A DNA stretch of 64,000 nt, from NCBI GenBank assembly GCA_963674865.2, contig CAXXYE010000001.1:128001-192000 (forward strand), read 5' to 3'. Made by a program: the position numbers and the translations under genes. Shown piece after piece: positions 50,001 through 60,880 of the stretch. Position 1 is the stretch's first letter; each line of letters opens with the position of its first letter. The notes beneath the pieces are model-generated. The model saw nothing but the letters and a program-made list of their open reading frames with translations, made no database searches and was not told the DNA's origin. This DNA comes from Candidatus Hydrogenedentota bacterium (GTDB lineage: Bacteria > Hydrogenedentota > Hydrogenedentia > Hydrogenedentales > SLHB01).

Positions 50001-52194
50001 GCGGATGTCCGTCTTGTTGTCGCTATCGAAGCCAAGTCCGGCAAAGTGCTCTGGCGCAAGCCCGTTGACTTGACGGGCTGCTGCGGCGATGCCATGGGTA
50101 CGGCCTTCCAGGATGGCTTGCTATTCTGTTTCGGCAATGTGGGCAACCACGATGCGTGGCGCTTTCGCGATGGCGAAATGCGGTACAAGCGGATTACGGC
50201 CTTGTCCGCTCGGGACGGCCGGCTCGTGTGGTCCCGCCCGCTCAACTACCGCACCCGCCCCGTCATCATGAAGGACAGGATCATTATTGAGCCGCGTGCG
50301 TGCGATCCCCGTACCGGCGCGATTCTCACTCGGGCGCATCCGATCACGGGGCAGGAGACACCTTGGGAGTTCTTGCGCCCCGGGCACACCTGCGCCTTGT
50401 CATCGGCCTCCGCCGATGTTCTCTTCTACCGATCCGCCTCGACCGCCTACTACGATATTGCCAATGATCGCGGCGTCACGGCTTTCGGAGGCGTCCGCCC
50501 GGGATGCCTGATCAACATGGTGCCGGCCGGCGGATTGCTTCTCTTCCCCGAGGCGAGTTCCGGCTGCACGTGTTCCTATCCTATCCGCTGCTCGCTCGCC
50601 ATGATGCACAAGCCGCGGAGGCCGCAGCCGTGGACGGTTTTCATTGCGCATGGCTCCCCGACACCCGCCGCCCACTTCGCCGTCAACTTCGGCGCCCCTG
50701 CCGACATGAAGGATGAGAAAGGCGTCGTTTGGTTTGCCTACCCGAATCCCAAGACGCGCCGGCTACACCCATTTCCCGAACTACGGCGTGAAATTCAACC
50801 TGCATGACGAGATCTCCGCCGGCCCGGCCTATTTCTGCCGCGATTTCCGAGACGTCGCCTTTGAAGGGACCGAACGCCCTTGGCTTTTCACCTCTGGTTG
50901 TCAAGGCGCCTTTTGCTGCGAGATCCCGCTCATCGCGGATGTCTGGGGCGAGTCGCCTGGCGAGTACACCGTCCGACTCGGATTCATGGCGCCCGAGGGC
51001 GACTCTCCCGGCCGGCGAGTGTTCGATGTCCGGCTCCAGGATGCTCTCGCACTCGAAGCGTTCGATATTGCTGCTGAAGCCGGTGCGCCGAACCGTGCAG
51101 TCGTCAAGGAATTCAAGGACATTCCGGTGACAAACGTGCTCAAGATTGAGCTGGTTCCCCGCGCGCTTGCCCCGACGCAGGATGACGCCCCGACTATCAA
51201 CTTCATCGAGGCCGTCCGCGAAGATCCTCCGCCTGCCAGGAAGCGCGCCAAGCGTGCGGCGCTATCTGCGGCTGATGCCGAGGAGCTCTTGGCAGACGCG
51301 GTGGGCGACGCACCAGACGAGGCCCTTCAGAAATACCACGAGGTCTTCGACCGTGCGGCTTCCGTGGTGCTCCGATGCAAGGCTCTCGAAGGTATGGCGG
51401 CCATCGGGAGTCCGGAGTCGCTGTCGCGCATCACGCCCTATTGCAGAGACACGGCGCCCATCTTGCGCAATTACGAGGATGTGCCGCCTGAACTCCGCGA
51501 CGCTGCCATGCGCGTCTACATTGCCGCGTCGAAGACCCTTGCGCTGAGCCAGCGGGAGGAGGCTGTACGCATGCTCGAGCAGGGGATGGAGATGTGCAGC
51601 AAGACAATGCGCAGTGAAGTGATCGCGGCTCTCGAAAGCCTGGGTGTCGAGATCGGTAGGCCTGCGGCCGAGGAGGGATTTGTCACGCGCTGGAGCCTCA
51701 TCGGCCCCTTCCCGTGGGAAGAGAAGAACCACCCCACTGATGCGCGCTTTGTGGGGGAGCCGAACGTCGACCTGACTGGTGCCTACACCGCGCTCGATGG
51801 GAAGGGGGTGGGCTGGCAGCGCTATGTCGCCGAACGGGCCATGGTTGATCTTGTCGATTTCTTCGGCCCGTCTAGAGACTGCGCCGTCTACGCCTATGCT
51901 GAGTTTCACCTTGACGAGGACCGCGATATCCTTTTGAAGATTGGCAGCAATGACGGATTCAAATGCTGGTTCAACGGCCAGGAAGTGGGCCGCTTCGAGG
52001 AGGGGCGTGGCTACAAGCCCGATCAGAACGTCTACAGCGTTGCGGGGCGGAAAGGCGCCAATACTGTGCTTCTTAAGGTGCTGCAAATGGGAGGCGGTTG
52101 GGCTTGCAGTGCCCGGATAACCGGCCTCGACGACATCCCGATCCGTTATCGCGAGAAGCCTCTCGCCCCGCAGGATGTTCGCCCAGCGATATAG
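47076..52194 (+). pseudogene. PQQ-propeller / methyltransferase-like / malectin multidomain protein, frameshifted near 50756 (real lesion or assembly error)
   Basis: WPTYRGD..RSG, PQQ repeats, LVLDCGTG, R.GC..N..PAGG. The frame changes between FAYPNPKT and AGYTHFPNYG; downstream malectin-like RRVFDVRLQ, HEAT-like and GSNDG regions. Confidence 0.75.
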
Positions 52195-52204
52195 GAGTGA
52201 ATTC

Positions 52205-53434
52205 GTGAGAGTTTTCCCGGCCGCGGCGGCGCTGTCTCTTGTGACGGTGCTTCTCGCCTGTCCGGCCTCGGCCTGTCGATACAACGTTCGCGATGTGGGC
52301 TTTGTGGAACTTGGCGAACGGCCTTACGCCCTCTACGGCTACATCGACAATGCCGTCCCTCAGGATGTTGCCGATCGGCTCAAACACGGCACGTATGCCG
52401 CTCTCATTGACAGCGGCATCGGAGTCGAGGTCGTCAATGTGGACAGGGACACAGGCCATTCGGCTCTGCAACACATCCAGAAGCTTGGTGTTGCATCGCT
52501 TCCCGCCGCGATCCTTGTCTCGCCGGATGAGCAGCTCTTGGCCGTCCCGGTTTCCGAGCCGGGGCGCCCCTTTGACGAGACGATCTGGCCTGCCCTGGAT
52601 GGTATCCTGGCCTCGCCGACGCGGGGGGAACTGCTCGATGCGCTTGTCTCGTCCTACGGCGTCGTGCTTCTGATCGAGGGAGTAGACGAGAGCGAGAACG
52701 CCCGTGTCCGGCGGGTGGCCGATGCCGCCGTCGAGAAGATTGCCTCCCATATGGACTCCCTCCCCAAGGCGATCAGCAAGCCGCCAGCGATCATAAACAT
52801 CGAGCGGGCGTCCCTATCCCGCGAGCGAGTATTGCTTTGGGGACTTGGCCTTGACGCGGAGCGTACTCACGAGCCGCACGCCGCCGTCATCTATGGCCGT
52901 GCGCGCCGCCTCGGCCCCGTGCTGCGGGGCGATGAGATTACTGAGGCCCGGCTCACCGGCTTCCTCGCCGTCGTGGGGGCCGATTGCGAGTGCGGGCTGG
53001 ACAGGAGTTGGCTGCGGGGCCCGGTACTTCTGGTTGATTGGGACAGTGCTATCCAGGCCCGCGTCGCCGAGGCGCTCGGCTTCGATCCGGAAAATCCCAT
53101 GGTGAAACTCGAGGTGAGCCAGATTCTTGGCCTTTCGGCCCAGACAGAGCCTACCGAAGCCGGACGCAACAAGCCTCCGGGCGGGCCGCTGGCATATCAG
53201 GAGTTTCCCTTGGAGGCGCTGGCCGGCCTCGCTACGTTGGAGGATGCTCTTCCCTCCAGCCAAGTGGGGGAGCAGGGCCCCGAAGGCGCTCCCGTGGCGG
53301 CCGCCCTGCCGCCCAAGGCTCCCGGGCCTTCCGGCCGCGGGCCGTGGACGTACGTTGCCTGGGCCGTCTTCGGCCTGGCAATCGTGATCTTGCTGGCCGG
53401 TTTCGGTATTCTGATCCGAGCAGAAAGAATGTAG
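52205..53434 (+). CDS. Exported hypothetical protein with a C-terminal TM anchor
   Basis: Signal peptide ASA-CRYNVRD, GADCECG, C-terminal TM; AGGAG RBS. Confidence 0.7.
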   Translation: MRVFPAAAALSLVTVLLACPASACRYNVRDVGFVELGERPYALYGYIDNAVPQDVADRLKHGTYAALIDSGIGVEVVNVDRDTGHSALQHIQKLGVASLPAAILVSPDEQLLAVPVSEPGRPFDETIWPALDGILASPTRGELLDALVSSYGVVLLIEGVDESENARVRRVADAAVEKIASHMDSLPKAISKPPAIINIERASLSRERVLLWGLGLDAERTHEPHAAVIYGRARRLGPVLRGDEITEARLTGFLAVVGADCECGLDRSWLRGPVLLVDWDSAIQARVAEALGFDPENPMVKLEVSQILGLSAQTEPTEAGRNKPPGGPLAYQEFPLEALAGLATLEDALPSSQVGEQGPEGAPVAAALPPKAPGPSGRGPWTYVAWAVFGLAIVILLAGFGILIRAERM

Positions 53435-53455
53435 AAGCCAGAGATTCTGGGGGCG

Positions 53456-54622
53456 TTGTCGGTGTCAACAGTTCGGCTCATCTTCCGAGAGATCGCCTTC
53501 CGAAAGGCCAGCTTCGTGCTCGGTTGTGCCGCGGTCCTGATCGCTGTTGCCCTTTGGGTGGCCTTTGCCACAACGGGCCAAGCCTACCGCCGCGAAACCA
53601 GACGCGTTATGCGCGATATGGGCCAGAACCTGCGCATCATTCCTAAGGAAACCAGCATCGACGCCTTCTGGGCGAGGGGCTTTTCCGATCACTCCATGCC
53701 TGAGGATTATGTTCACCGGTTCGCCTCCTTGAAGGGCTTCAGCTACACCCACCTGACGGCAACGCTTCAGCAGAAAGTTCTGTGGCAGGGGATCAACATT
53801 ATTCTTACCGGCATCCTGCCGGAAGTTCTGCCGCTGGATAAACTCCAGCAATCGCCCATGACCTTCTCCGTCGAGCCAGGCACGGCCTATGTGGGACACG
53901 AAGTCGCTCGACGCCTCCAGCTTGTCTCCGGCGATACGGTGGACGTTCTCGGCGTGCCGCTGGCGGTTGTCAAGACGCTTTCGGAGAGCGGGAGCGAGGA
54001 TGACATCCGCGTGTACGGCCATCTTCACGATATCCAGCGAGCGCTTGGCATGGAAGGGCGGATCAACGAGATCAAGGCGCTCGAATGCCTCTGTCTCATC
54101 GAGGCCTCCAAAAAGAAGCTCGATCCCTTGGCCGTTGCGCGCGCGCAACTTGAGGAGATTCTGCCTGAGGGCAAAGTCATTCTGCTGCAAGGCATCGCGG
54201 AGATCCGCCAGAGACAGCGCGCCGCGATGGAGCAGTACCTCGTATTCGTCCTTCTCAGCGCCCTCATTGTCTGCGGGGCGTGGATAGCCTTGCTCACCAT
54301 GCTGAACGTCCGGGAGCGCCGGTGCGAGATCGGAATCATGCGCGCCCTGGGATACGGCTCCGCCCGAGTCTCGATGCTCTTCATGGGCAAGTCTGTCGTG
54401 ATGGGCCTTATCGGCGCCGCGGCGGGCTATCTCCTCGGCACGGCCCTAGCGCTGCGCTTTGGCCCGGAAATGTTCCGCGTGACGGCCAAGGCCGTCCGGC
54501 CCGAGTACATCTTGCTGGGCTGGTCGCTTATCGCCGCCCCGGCCCTCACCTGCCTGGCGAGCTTCATTCCCGTGGCCCTCGCCGTTGCCTACGATCCAGT
54601 TCAAACGCTTCGGGAGACGTGA
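53456..54622 (+). CDS. FtsX/MacB-like ABC permease
   Basis: NVRERRCEIGIMRALG, C-terminal DPVQTLRE. Confidence 0.85.
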   Translation: MSVSTVRLIFREIAFRKASFVLGCAAVLIAVALWVAFATTGQAYRRETRRVMRDMGQNLRIIPKETSIDAFWARGFSDHSMPEDYVHRFASLKGFSYTHLTATLQQKVLWQGINIILTGILPEVLPLDKLQQSPMTFSVEPGTAYVGHEVARRLQLVSGDTVDVLGVPLAVVKTLSESGSEDDIRVYGHLHDIQRALGMEGRINEIKALECLCLIEASKKKLDPLAVARAQLEEILPEGKVILLQGIAEIRQRQRAAMEQYLVFVLLSALIVCGAWIALLTMLNVRERRCEIGIMRALGYGSARVSMLFMGKSVVMGLIGAAAGYLLGTALALRFGPEMFRVTAKAVRPEYILLGWSLIAAPALTCLASFIPVALAVAYDPVQTLRET

Positions 54623-54750
54623 CGGACGCGCGTTGCCGGGACGGTTCATCGGCTGGACTGCGCATAATCCCGTGATACACTTGGGCAGGGACCCGGGCCT
54701 CTTAACCTGCGCCGCGTCATGCTATCGACAGAGAGTCATGAGAGGAACTA

Positions 54751-55512
54751 ATGGACGAACGTACTTCATGGGAGCGATTCCACGACCTTGAGGCGCCCGT
54801 ATATGACGACTACGAATACACGAAGAACACCGTCAACGAGGTCGATTTCCTGATCGAGGAGCTTGGCGCCTCGCCCGGCGCCTCCATACTCGACGTCGGG
54901 TGCGGCACGGGACGTCACTCCATCGAGCTTGCTCGCCGCGGATATGCTGTAACGGGGATTGACCTTTCCACGGGAATGCTGGGCCGGGCGAGAGAGAAAG
55001 CCTCGGAGGCGGGTGTTCAGGTGAATTGGATGCGCGCCGATGCCAGGCGGTTCTCGTTTAACGGCGAGTTCGATGGCGCGATCGGCCTGTGCGAAGGTGC
55101 ATTTGGCCTCCTCAGTGCCGATGACGATGCTATTGAGCGGCCGCTTGTCATCCTTCGCAATATCAGCCGTGCCCTCAAGACGGGCGGCAAGAGCGTCTTC
55201 ACCGTGCTGAACGGATTCAGGATGATTCGCAGCCACGCTCAGAAGGATGTTGAGGAAGGGCGCTTCGATCCGCTGCGGATGAGCTGGACATCGGAATTCC
55301 CGCCCAGAGAGGGGCTCTCCCCGATCCGCGTTCGAGAGCGTTCGTTTGTCCCGACGGAGCTTTCTCTTCTCTTCCAACTCGCCGGAATGCCGGTACTCAA
55401 TATTTGGGGAGGCACCGCGGGCAACTGGGGGCGAAGGGCAATAGATCTCGACGAGATGGAGATCATGATCGTGGCAAGCAAGGTTGTCGAGGGGCATCTA
55501 CCGGTGGACTGA
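54751..55512 (+). CDS. Class I SAM-dependent methyltransferase
   Basis: ILDVGCGTGRH, GIDLS, LKTGG. Confidence 0.9.
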   Translation: MDERTSWERFHDLEAPVYDDYEYTKNTVNEVDFLIEELGASPGASILDVGCGTGRHSIELARRGYAVTGIDLSTGMLGRAREKASEAGVQVNWMRADARRFSFNGEFDGAIGLCEGAFGLLSADDDAIERPLVILRNISRALKTGGKSVFTVLNGFRMIRSHAQKDVEEGRFDPLRMSWTSEFPPREGLSPIRVRERSFVPTELSLLFQLAGMPVLNIWGGTAGNWGRRAIDLDEMEIMIVASKVVEGHLPVD

Positions 55513-55552
55513 AGCTGCTGAGGGATGTCTGGCTGCTGATAGGAGGTTCTTC

Positions 55553-56701
55553 ATGCGCACATTGCGCGTCGGTATCGTCGGCTACGGCTTCATGGGCAAG
55601 GTGCACGCGCACGCCTATCGATCACTCGGCTTCTACTACGATCCGCCCCCGGCCCATATCGAATTCGTCGGGGTGGCCACGTCTCGTGAGGCCACGTTGG
55701 CGACGGCGCGCGACGCGGGTGGTTTCCGCTTCGGAACGGCTGATTTCCGAGAACTCTGCGCCCAGGCCGACATTGACGTTATCAACTGCTGTGTTCCCAA
55801 TTACTTACACCGGGATGTCCTCCTGGCGGCCCTCGAACACGGCAAGCACCTCTATATGGACAAGCCGCTGTGCTGTACGCTCGATGAGGCCCGCGAGATG
55901 GCCGCTTGCGCCGCTGCCCATCCCGAGTGCATCACGCAGATGACGTTCAACTACCGTTTTGTTCCGGCCCTCTTGCGCGCGAAGCAACTTGTCGAGGAGG
56001 GGGCCCTTGGCGACCTTCTCTCCGCGCGTGTCTGCTACCTCCACGCAGGATACGTCGATCCAAACCGCCCCTTTTCCTGGCGGCTCGATGCGGACAAGAG
56101 CGGGCGGGGAGGCGCCCTCTTCGATCTCGGTTCCCACGTCGTCGACCTGACGCGCCATCTCCTCGGCGAGTTCGCGGAGGTCCAGCACCTGGGGGAAACC
56201 TTCGTCAAGGAGCGCCCCCTCAAAGAGGATCCTTCGGCCAAGGCTCCCGTCCAAGTCGACGACGTATCGCTCCTCATGTTCCGGCTGAAGAACGGCGCCG
56301 TCGGCACCATCGAGTCATCGCGCATGGCTACCGGCGTGCAGGATGAGATCCGCTTTGAGGCCCACGGCACCGAGGGGGCCATCCGGTTCAACCTCATGCA
56401 GCCCAATTTCCTCGAGTTCTACGACGCCGCCGCCCCCGGCGGCGATTACGGCGGCCGCAGAGGTTTCACCGCCATCGAGTGCGTCGCTCGCTATCCCAAA
56501 CCGGCCTCGCTGCCGGGGCCCAAGAACACCATCGGCTGGGAGCGTTTCCATGTGCACTGCCTCCACAATTTCGTCGAGCACGTGGTGGAAGGTGCGCCGG
56601 CCCAACCTGACATCCTGGACGGCGCCAGGACGCAGGCTGTTCTTGAGGCGGCCCTACTGGCCTCGGAGGCCCGGACTTGGATTGCCGTCCCGGAGGTGTG
56701 A
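55553..56701 (+). CDS. Gfo/Idh/MocA oxidoreductase
   Basis: GIVGYGFMG, DKPL, GGALFDLGSH; AGGAGG RBS. Confidence 0.9.
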   Translation: MRTLRVGIVGYGFMGKVHAHAYRSLGFYYDPPPAHIEFVGVATSREATLATARDAGGFRFGTADFRELCAQADIDVINCCVPNYLHRDVLLAALEHGKHLYMDKPLCCTLDEAREMAACAAAHPECITQMTFNYRFVPALLRAKQLVEEGALGDLLSARVCYLHAGYVDPNRPFSWRLDADKSGRGGALFDLGSHVVDLTRHLLGEFAEVQHLGETFVKERPLKEDPSAKAPVQVDDVSLLMFRLKNGAVGTIESSRMATGVQDEIRFEAHGTEGAIRFNLMQPNFLEFYDAAAPGGDYGGRRGFTAIECVARYPKPASLPGPKNTIGWERFHVHCLHNFVEHVVEGAPAQPDILDGARTQAVLEAALLASEARTWIAVPEV

Positions 56702-57717
56702 TGCGCGCGCGACGCAGCGATAGGGCGCGCTCCAGGGAGTCCTCTCCGTGCCTCAGGTGTGTTCTTGGCTCCTGCCTTGTGCTGCTCCTCCTCGTGTCCG
56801 CGGCCGCCGGAGAGACGCTCCAGCGCGGCGTGTTCCTCATCCATTTCGACCCGGCCGACAGGGAACTTGCAGAGCAATCGCTCGAGGTACTGGAGGCGGC
56901 CCTGCCCGCATTGGCGCGGCGTTTGCCCCCCGGGCCTGTTCCCATCAACGTGTACCTCTGCGCGACACACCGCGAGTTCGCCCGGTTTGCGGGATCGCTC
57001 GCCCGCGTGAACGTGGGCGGCATTGCCAATCCCAGCCGGGGCCTCATCGCCGTGAAGACGCCGCGTCTCAAACCCTCCGGCCTGGATTACGAAGGCACCC
57101 TCCGCCATGAGCTGGTGCACGTCCTTCTCGAACGCAACGTCGAGATCGCGAACCTCCCGCGCTGGCTCAACGAAGGCATCGCCATGACCTTATCGCGCGA
57201 ATTCCGCTGGGGCAGCGCGTTCATCGTGGGGGAGATGTATCTCCGGGGACGAATCCTCTCCTACCAGGATCTTGGCCTTGTTCTCGACAACGCCGGCCGT
57301 GAGATGGAATTCAGCGATGCCTATGCCCAGAGCCTGTCCATGACGCGGTTCCTGGTGAAGTACCTAGGTGACGACGACTTCTGGCGCGTGATAGCCGCGC
57401 TCAAGACTGTGCCCTTCGGCCGCGCCCTGCGCGAGCAAACCGATCTGGACGTGCATGCGTTCATGAACGCGTGGCGCAATTCACTCTGGCGGGTTGCCCT
57501 CGTCTCGTCCGTTGTGTCAGGATTTGGGGTGTTCCAGATGGCCGCGCTCCTCACCGTGCTCGCCTACATACGCAAGCGGCGACAGGGCCAACGCATTGTC
57601 AAGGCGTGGCAAGAAGATGAGGAGGAAGGCGGCCCCGTGCCGCATGTTTGGGACCAGGCCGAGCGCGAGTCTCAGTATCCTTGGGAAGACAAGGAAGAAG
57701 AGGAGGAACCTTGGTAA
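56701..57717 (+). CDS. Peptidase MA-like metalloprotease domain membrane protein
   Basis: HELVH...PRWLNEGIA; signal peptide and C-terminal TM. Confidence 0.8.
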   Translation: MRARRSDRARSRESSPCLRCVLGSCLVLLLLVSAAAGETLQRGVFLIHFDPADRELAEQSLEVLEAALPALARRLPPGPVPINVYLCATHREFARFAGSLARVNVGGIANPSRGLIAVKTPRLKPSGLDYEGTLRHELVHVLLERNVEIANLPRWLNEGIAMTLSREFRWGSAFIVGEMYLRGRILSYQDLGLVLDNAGREMEFSDAYAQSLSMTRFLVKYLGDDDFWRVIAALKTVPFGRALREQTDLDVHAFMNAWRNSLWRVALVSSVVSGFGVFQMAALLTVLAYIRKRRQGQRIVKAWQEDEEEGGPVPHVWDQAERESQYPWEDKEEEEEPW

Positions 57718-58685
57718 TGGCCAAACCTGACAAGACAAGCGTTGCCGTAATCGGCGCCCGGGGCATCGGGAAGCACCACGCGAAGTGGTGGCAGCTCGAG
57801 GGCGCCCACGTCTGCGCCTTTGCGGGCACATCCGACGCCACGGTTGCCGAAACACAGGCTGTTCTCGCGGATCTTTTCGGCTTCGACGGCCGCGCCTACA
57901 CCGACGTGGGCCGGATGCTCGATGAGGAGCGTCCGGACATCGTGGATGTCTGCTCGCCCCCGGCCCTTCATTATGAGCATGTCCGCATGGCTCTCGAGGC
58001 GGGCTGCCACGTGCTTTGCGAGAAGCCTTTCGTGTACCGCCCGGACGCCCCGCGCAAGGAACTGCTGACGCAGGCGCGCGAACTCATCGCGTTGGCGGAA
58101 TCCAAGGAGAAGCGACTCGGCGTCTGCACGCAATATGCCGCGGGAGCGTCCATTCTCAAGCGCATCTGGAACGAAGCGCGCCCGGACGACAGGCTCTCGC
58201 GCTATCAGGGCCACCTGGCTTCCCCGGCCCGCGGACGTCCCAAGGATCCGGTCATCCCGTGGATCGAGCTTTCGCCGCATGTCTTGAGCGTCCTCCTGGG
58301 CGTAGTCCCCGGACTGCGTGTCAATTGGGACACCCTTTCCCTCTCGTTTGAAGGCTACTCCGCGCAGGCGCACTTCGACGTCTCCGCCGCGGATGGACGC
58401 ACAGTCCAGTGCGAGTTGATCTGCGGGCACACGGAGGGACCTCCCGGAAATATCCGGCACTTCGAGTTCAACGGATACGCCTTCGACATCGGCGGGGAAA
58501 AGGACGCCGAAGGTATCTATGGCGCCCGTATCGAGACGCCCGGTGGCGCTTCAAGTGAGCCCGACATGATGCGTCTGCTTATCAGGCACTTCCTAGCCGG
58601 GAGGTACGCCGCCGATCCACAGGTGTCCTTGGCCAACCTGGACCTCATGCTGCGTATCCTCGAGGCCGCCAAGCAGCAGAGCTGA
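57717..58685 (+). CDS. Gfo/Idh/MocA oxidoreductase
   Basis: VIGARGIG, HVLCEKP. Confidence 0.85.
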   Translation: MAKPDKTSVAVIGARGIGKHHAKWWQLEGAHVCAFAGTSDATVAETQAVLADLFGFDGRAYTDVGRMLDEERPDIVDVCSPPALHYEHVRMALEAGCHVLCEKPFVYRPDAPRKELLTQARELIALAESKEKRLGVCTQYAAGASILKRIWNEARPDDRLSRYQGHLASPARGRPKDPVIPWIELSPHVLSVLLGVVPGLRVNWDTLSLSFEGYSAQAHFDVSAADGRTVQCELICGHTEGPPGNIRHFEFNGYAFDIGGEKDAEGIYGARIETPGGASSEPDMMRLLIRHFLAGRYAADPQVSLANLDLMLRILEAAKQQS

Positions 58686-58693
58686 CGGCCTTA

Positions 58694-60760
58694 ATGCCGA
58701 ATATCGATTTCCAAAGACTGCGCGTGTTGCCGGGGCGTGGCGAGCCCATGGGGGCCGCCGTCCGGCCCACGGGCGTGCGCTTCTCCGTTTTCAGCCGCCA
58801 TGGGACGCGCGTCCGGCTTGGCCTGTTCAATGACGTGGACGACACGCAACCGGCTCACGAGATCGAGTTTCATCCCGAGAAGCACCGCATCGGCGATATG
58901 TGGAGCATGTTTGTGGAGGGACTCGGGCCGTCCACCCTCTACGCCTACCGCGTCGATGGGCCCTCTGAGCCGGAGCGCGGCCACCGATTCGATCCGGGCC
59001 GCTACCTCGTCGACCCGGCCTCGCGCGCCTATGCAGGCTGCGCCGAGGAAGGCACCCTCAAGTCCGTCGTGGTGGCCGAGGAGCCCGATTGGTTTGAGGA
59101 CCTCCGGCCCAAGGTGCCCATGCATGAGACGATCATCTACGAAACTCATGTGCGTGGACTTACCGTCGACGGCTCCGCCGCCGTGGAACACCCCGGCGCC
59201 TACGCGGGCCTGATTGAGAAGATTCCCTACCTCAAGGACCTCGGCGTCACCTCCGTGGAGCTACTGCCCATCCAGGAACTGGGGCAGACGCGGCTGGGAC
59301 ACGACAATCCCATCACCGGCGAGAAACTCGCCAACTACTGGGCCTACAATCCCATCGGATTCTTCGCCCCGACGGCGCGCTACGCGGCCGACAAAGCCCC
59401 CGGAGGGCAACTGCTCGAGTTTCGGCGTATGGTTGCCGCCCTCCACAAGGCGGGACTCGAGGTCATTCTCGATGTGGTTTTCAACCACACGGCTGAGTAC
59501 GATGAAACCGGCCCGACGCTCTGCTTTCGCGGCCTCGACAACTCTATCTACTACCTCCTCGACGAACACGGCGGCTATCTCGATCTCACCGGATGCGGGA
59601 ACACGCTCAATTGCAACCACCCTCTCGTCCGTGACCTCATCCTCGATTGCCTCCGATACTGGGTGGCCGTCATGCACGTAGACGGCTTCCGCTTCGACCT
59701 TGCTTCCATCCTGGGCCGCGATCGCGCGGGCAGGCTCGTCGAGAACGCGCCCCTTATCGAACGCATTGCCGAAGATCCCATCCTGCGCAACGCGAAGCTC
59801 ATCGCCGAGGCATGGGACGCCGCCGGGGCCTACCAGGTTGGCGCTTTCGGCGACGGCCGCTGGGCCGACTGGAATGGGCGCTACCGCGACGAGGTCAGGC
59901 GTTTCTGGCACGGCGACGCGGGAGTGAAGTGGTTTTTTGCGGCACGCATGGCCGGGAGTCCCGACGTCTATCGATTCCCCGATCATACGCCCCAGCACAC
60001 CATCAACTTCCTCACGGCCCATGACGGCTTCACGCTGCGCGACCTCGTGTCGTATGAAACCAAGCGCAATGAGGCCAATGGCGAAGACAACCGAGACGGC
60101 GCCGACACGAACTACAGTTGGAACTGCGGCGTCGAGGGCGAAACCGAGGATCCGGCCGTTTTGGCCATGCGGCTGCAAATGCAGAAGAACTTCCTCGCCA
60201 CCCTGTTTCTATCGCTCGGCGTGCCCATGATGCTCGGAGGCGATGAATTGGGCCGAACTCAGCAAGGGAACAATAACGCCTACTGCCAGGATAACGCCAT
60301 CTCCTGGTACGACTGGACGCTACTCGATAAGTACAAGGAATTACACAGGTTCTGCAAGCACGTCATACGGCTGCGCAAGAGCCATCCCGTCTTCGTGCGG
60401 CCGGCCTTTCTCCGCGATGCGCCTGACGAATCCGGCGCGCCTCCGGAACTGACCTGGCGCGACGCATCCGGTGCGTCTCCAAACTGGGACGATGGCGGCC
60501 TCGCCCTCGCCTGCTGGATCAGCGGGACGGTGAACGCGGGCGTGGAGCTCTACATGATGTTCAACGCATCCATGAATGCGGCGGACTTCGCGCTTCCCCC
60601 CGGCCCATGGCGCGTCTTGCTCGATACGGCGCAGCCGCCGCCGGGAGATTGCCCCGATGAGCACGCGGCGGCGAGCGTGGGGGAGGGGCCGGTTCACCTG
60701 GCGGCGAAGTCCATGGTAGTTCTGGCCGGAGGCGATGTCGGCTCTCGGAATGCCCGATGA
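58694..60760 (+). CDS. glgX: Glycogen debranching enzyme (GH13 isoamylase)
   Basis: DVVFNHT, DGFRFDLA, IAEAWD, FLTAHDGF, GNNNAYCQD. Confidence 0.95.
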   Translation: MPNIDFQRLRVLPGRGEPMGAAVRPTGVRFSVFSRHGTRVRLGLFNDVDDTQPAHEIEFHPEKHRIGDMWSMFVEGLGPSTLYAYRVDGPSEPERGHRFDPGRYLVDPASRAYAGCAEEGTLKSVVVAEEPDWFEDLRPKVPMHETIIYETHVRGLTVDGSAAVEHPGAYAGLIEKIPYLKDLGVTSVELLPIQELGQTRLGHDNPITGEKLANYWAYNPIGFFAPTARYAADKAPGGQLLEFRRMVAALHKAGLEVILDVVFNHTAEYDETGPTLCFRGLDNSIYYLLDEHGGYLDLTGCGNTLNCNHPLVRDLILDCLRYWVAVMHVDGFRFDLASILGRDRAGRLVENAPLIERIAEDPILRNAKLIAEAWDAAGAYQVGAFGDGRWADWNGRYRDEVRRFWHGDAGVKWFFAARMAGSPDVYRFPDHTPQHTINFLTAHDGFTLRDLVSYETKRNEANGEDNRDGADTNYSWNCGVEGETEDPAVLAMRLQMQKNFLATLFLSLGVPMMLGGDELGRTQQGNNNAYCQDNAISWYDWTLLDKYKELHRFCKHVIRLRKSHPVFVRPAFLRDAPDESGAPPELTWRDASGASPNWDDGGLALACWISGTVNAGVELYMMFNASMNAADFALPPGPWRVLLDTAQPPPGDCPDEHAAASVGEGPVHLAAKSMVVLAGGDVGSRNAR

Positions 60761-60800
60761 GATGAACAGGCATTGTCCAACACATAAGCGAATAGACGCG

Positions 60801-60862
60801 GCAACAAAGGCACTGACCTAAGCGAGGAGCGGACGCGACGAGGCGGTCTGTCCCTTTCTTGC
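60801..60862 (-). repeat. REP-like element, family 1, divergent copy F
   Basis: Reverse complement GCAAGAAAGGGACAGAC...CGCTTAGGTCAGTGCCTTTGTTGC, between convergent genes. Confidence 0.6.
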
Positions 60863-60880
60863 GGGATGAGAAGACTTATC

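Noticed and set aside
54660..54715. Purine riboswitch-like ATAATCCCG before the methyltransferase
   Set aside because: The conserved TTTCTACC core and loop pairing are absent.
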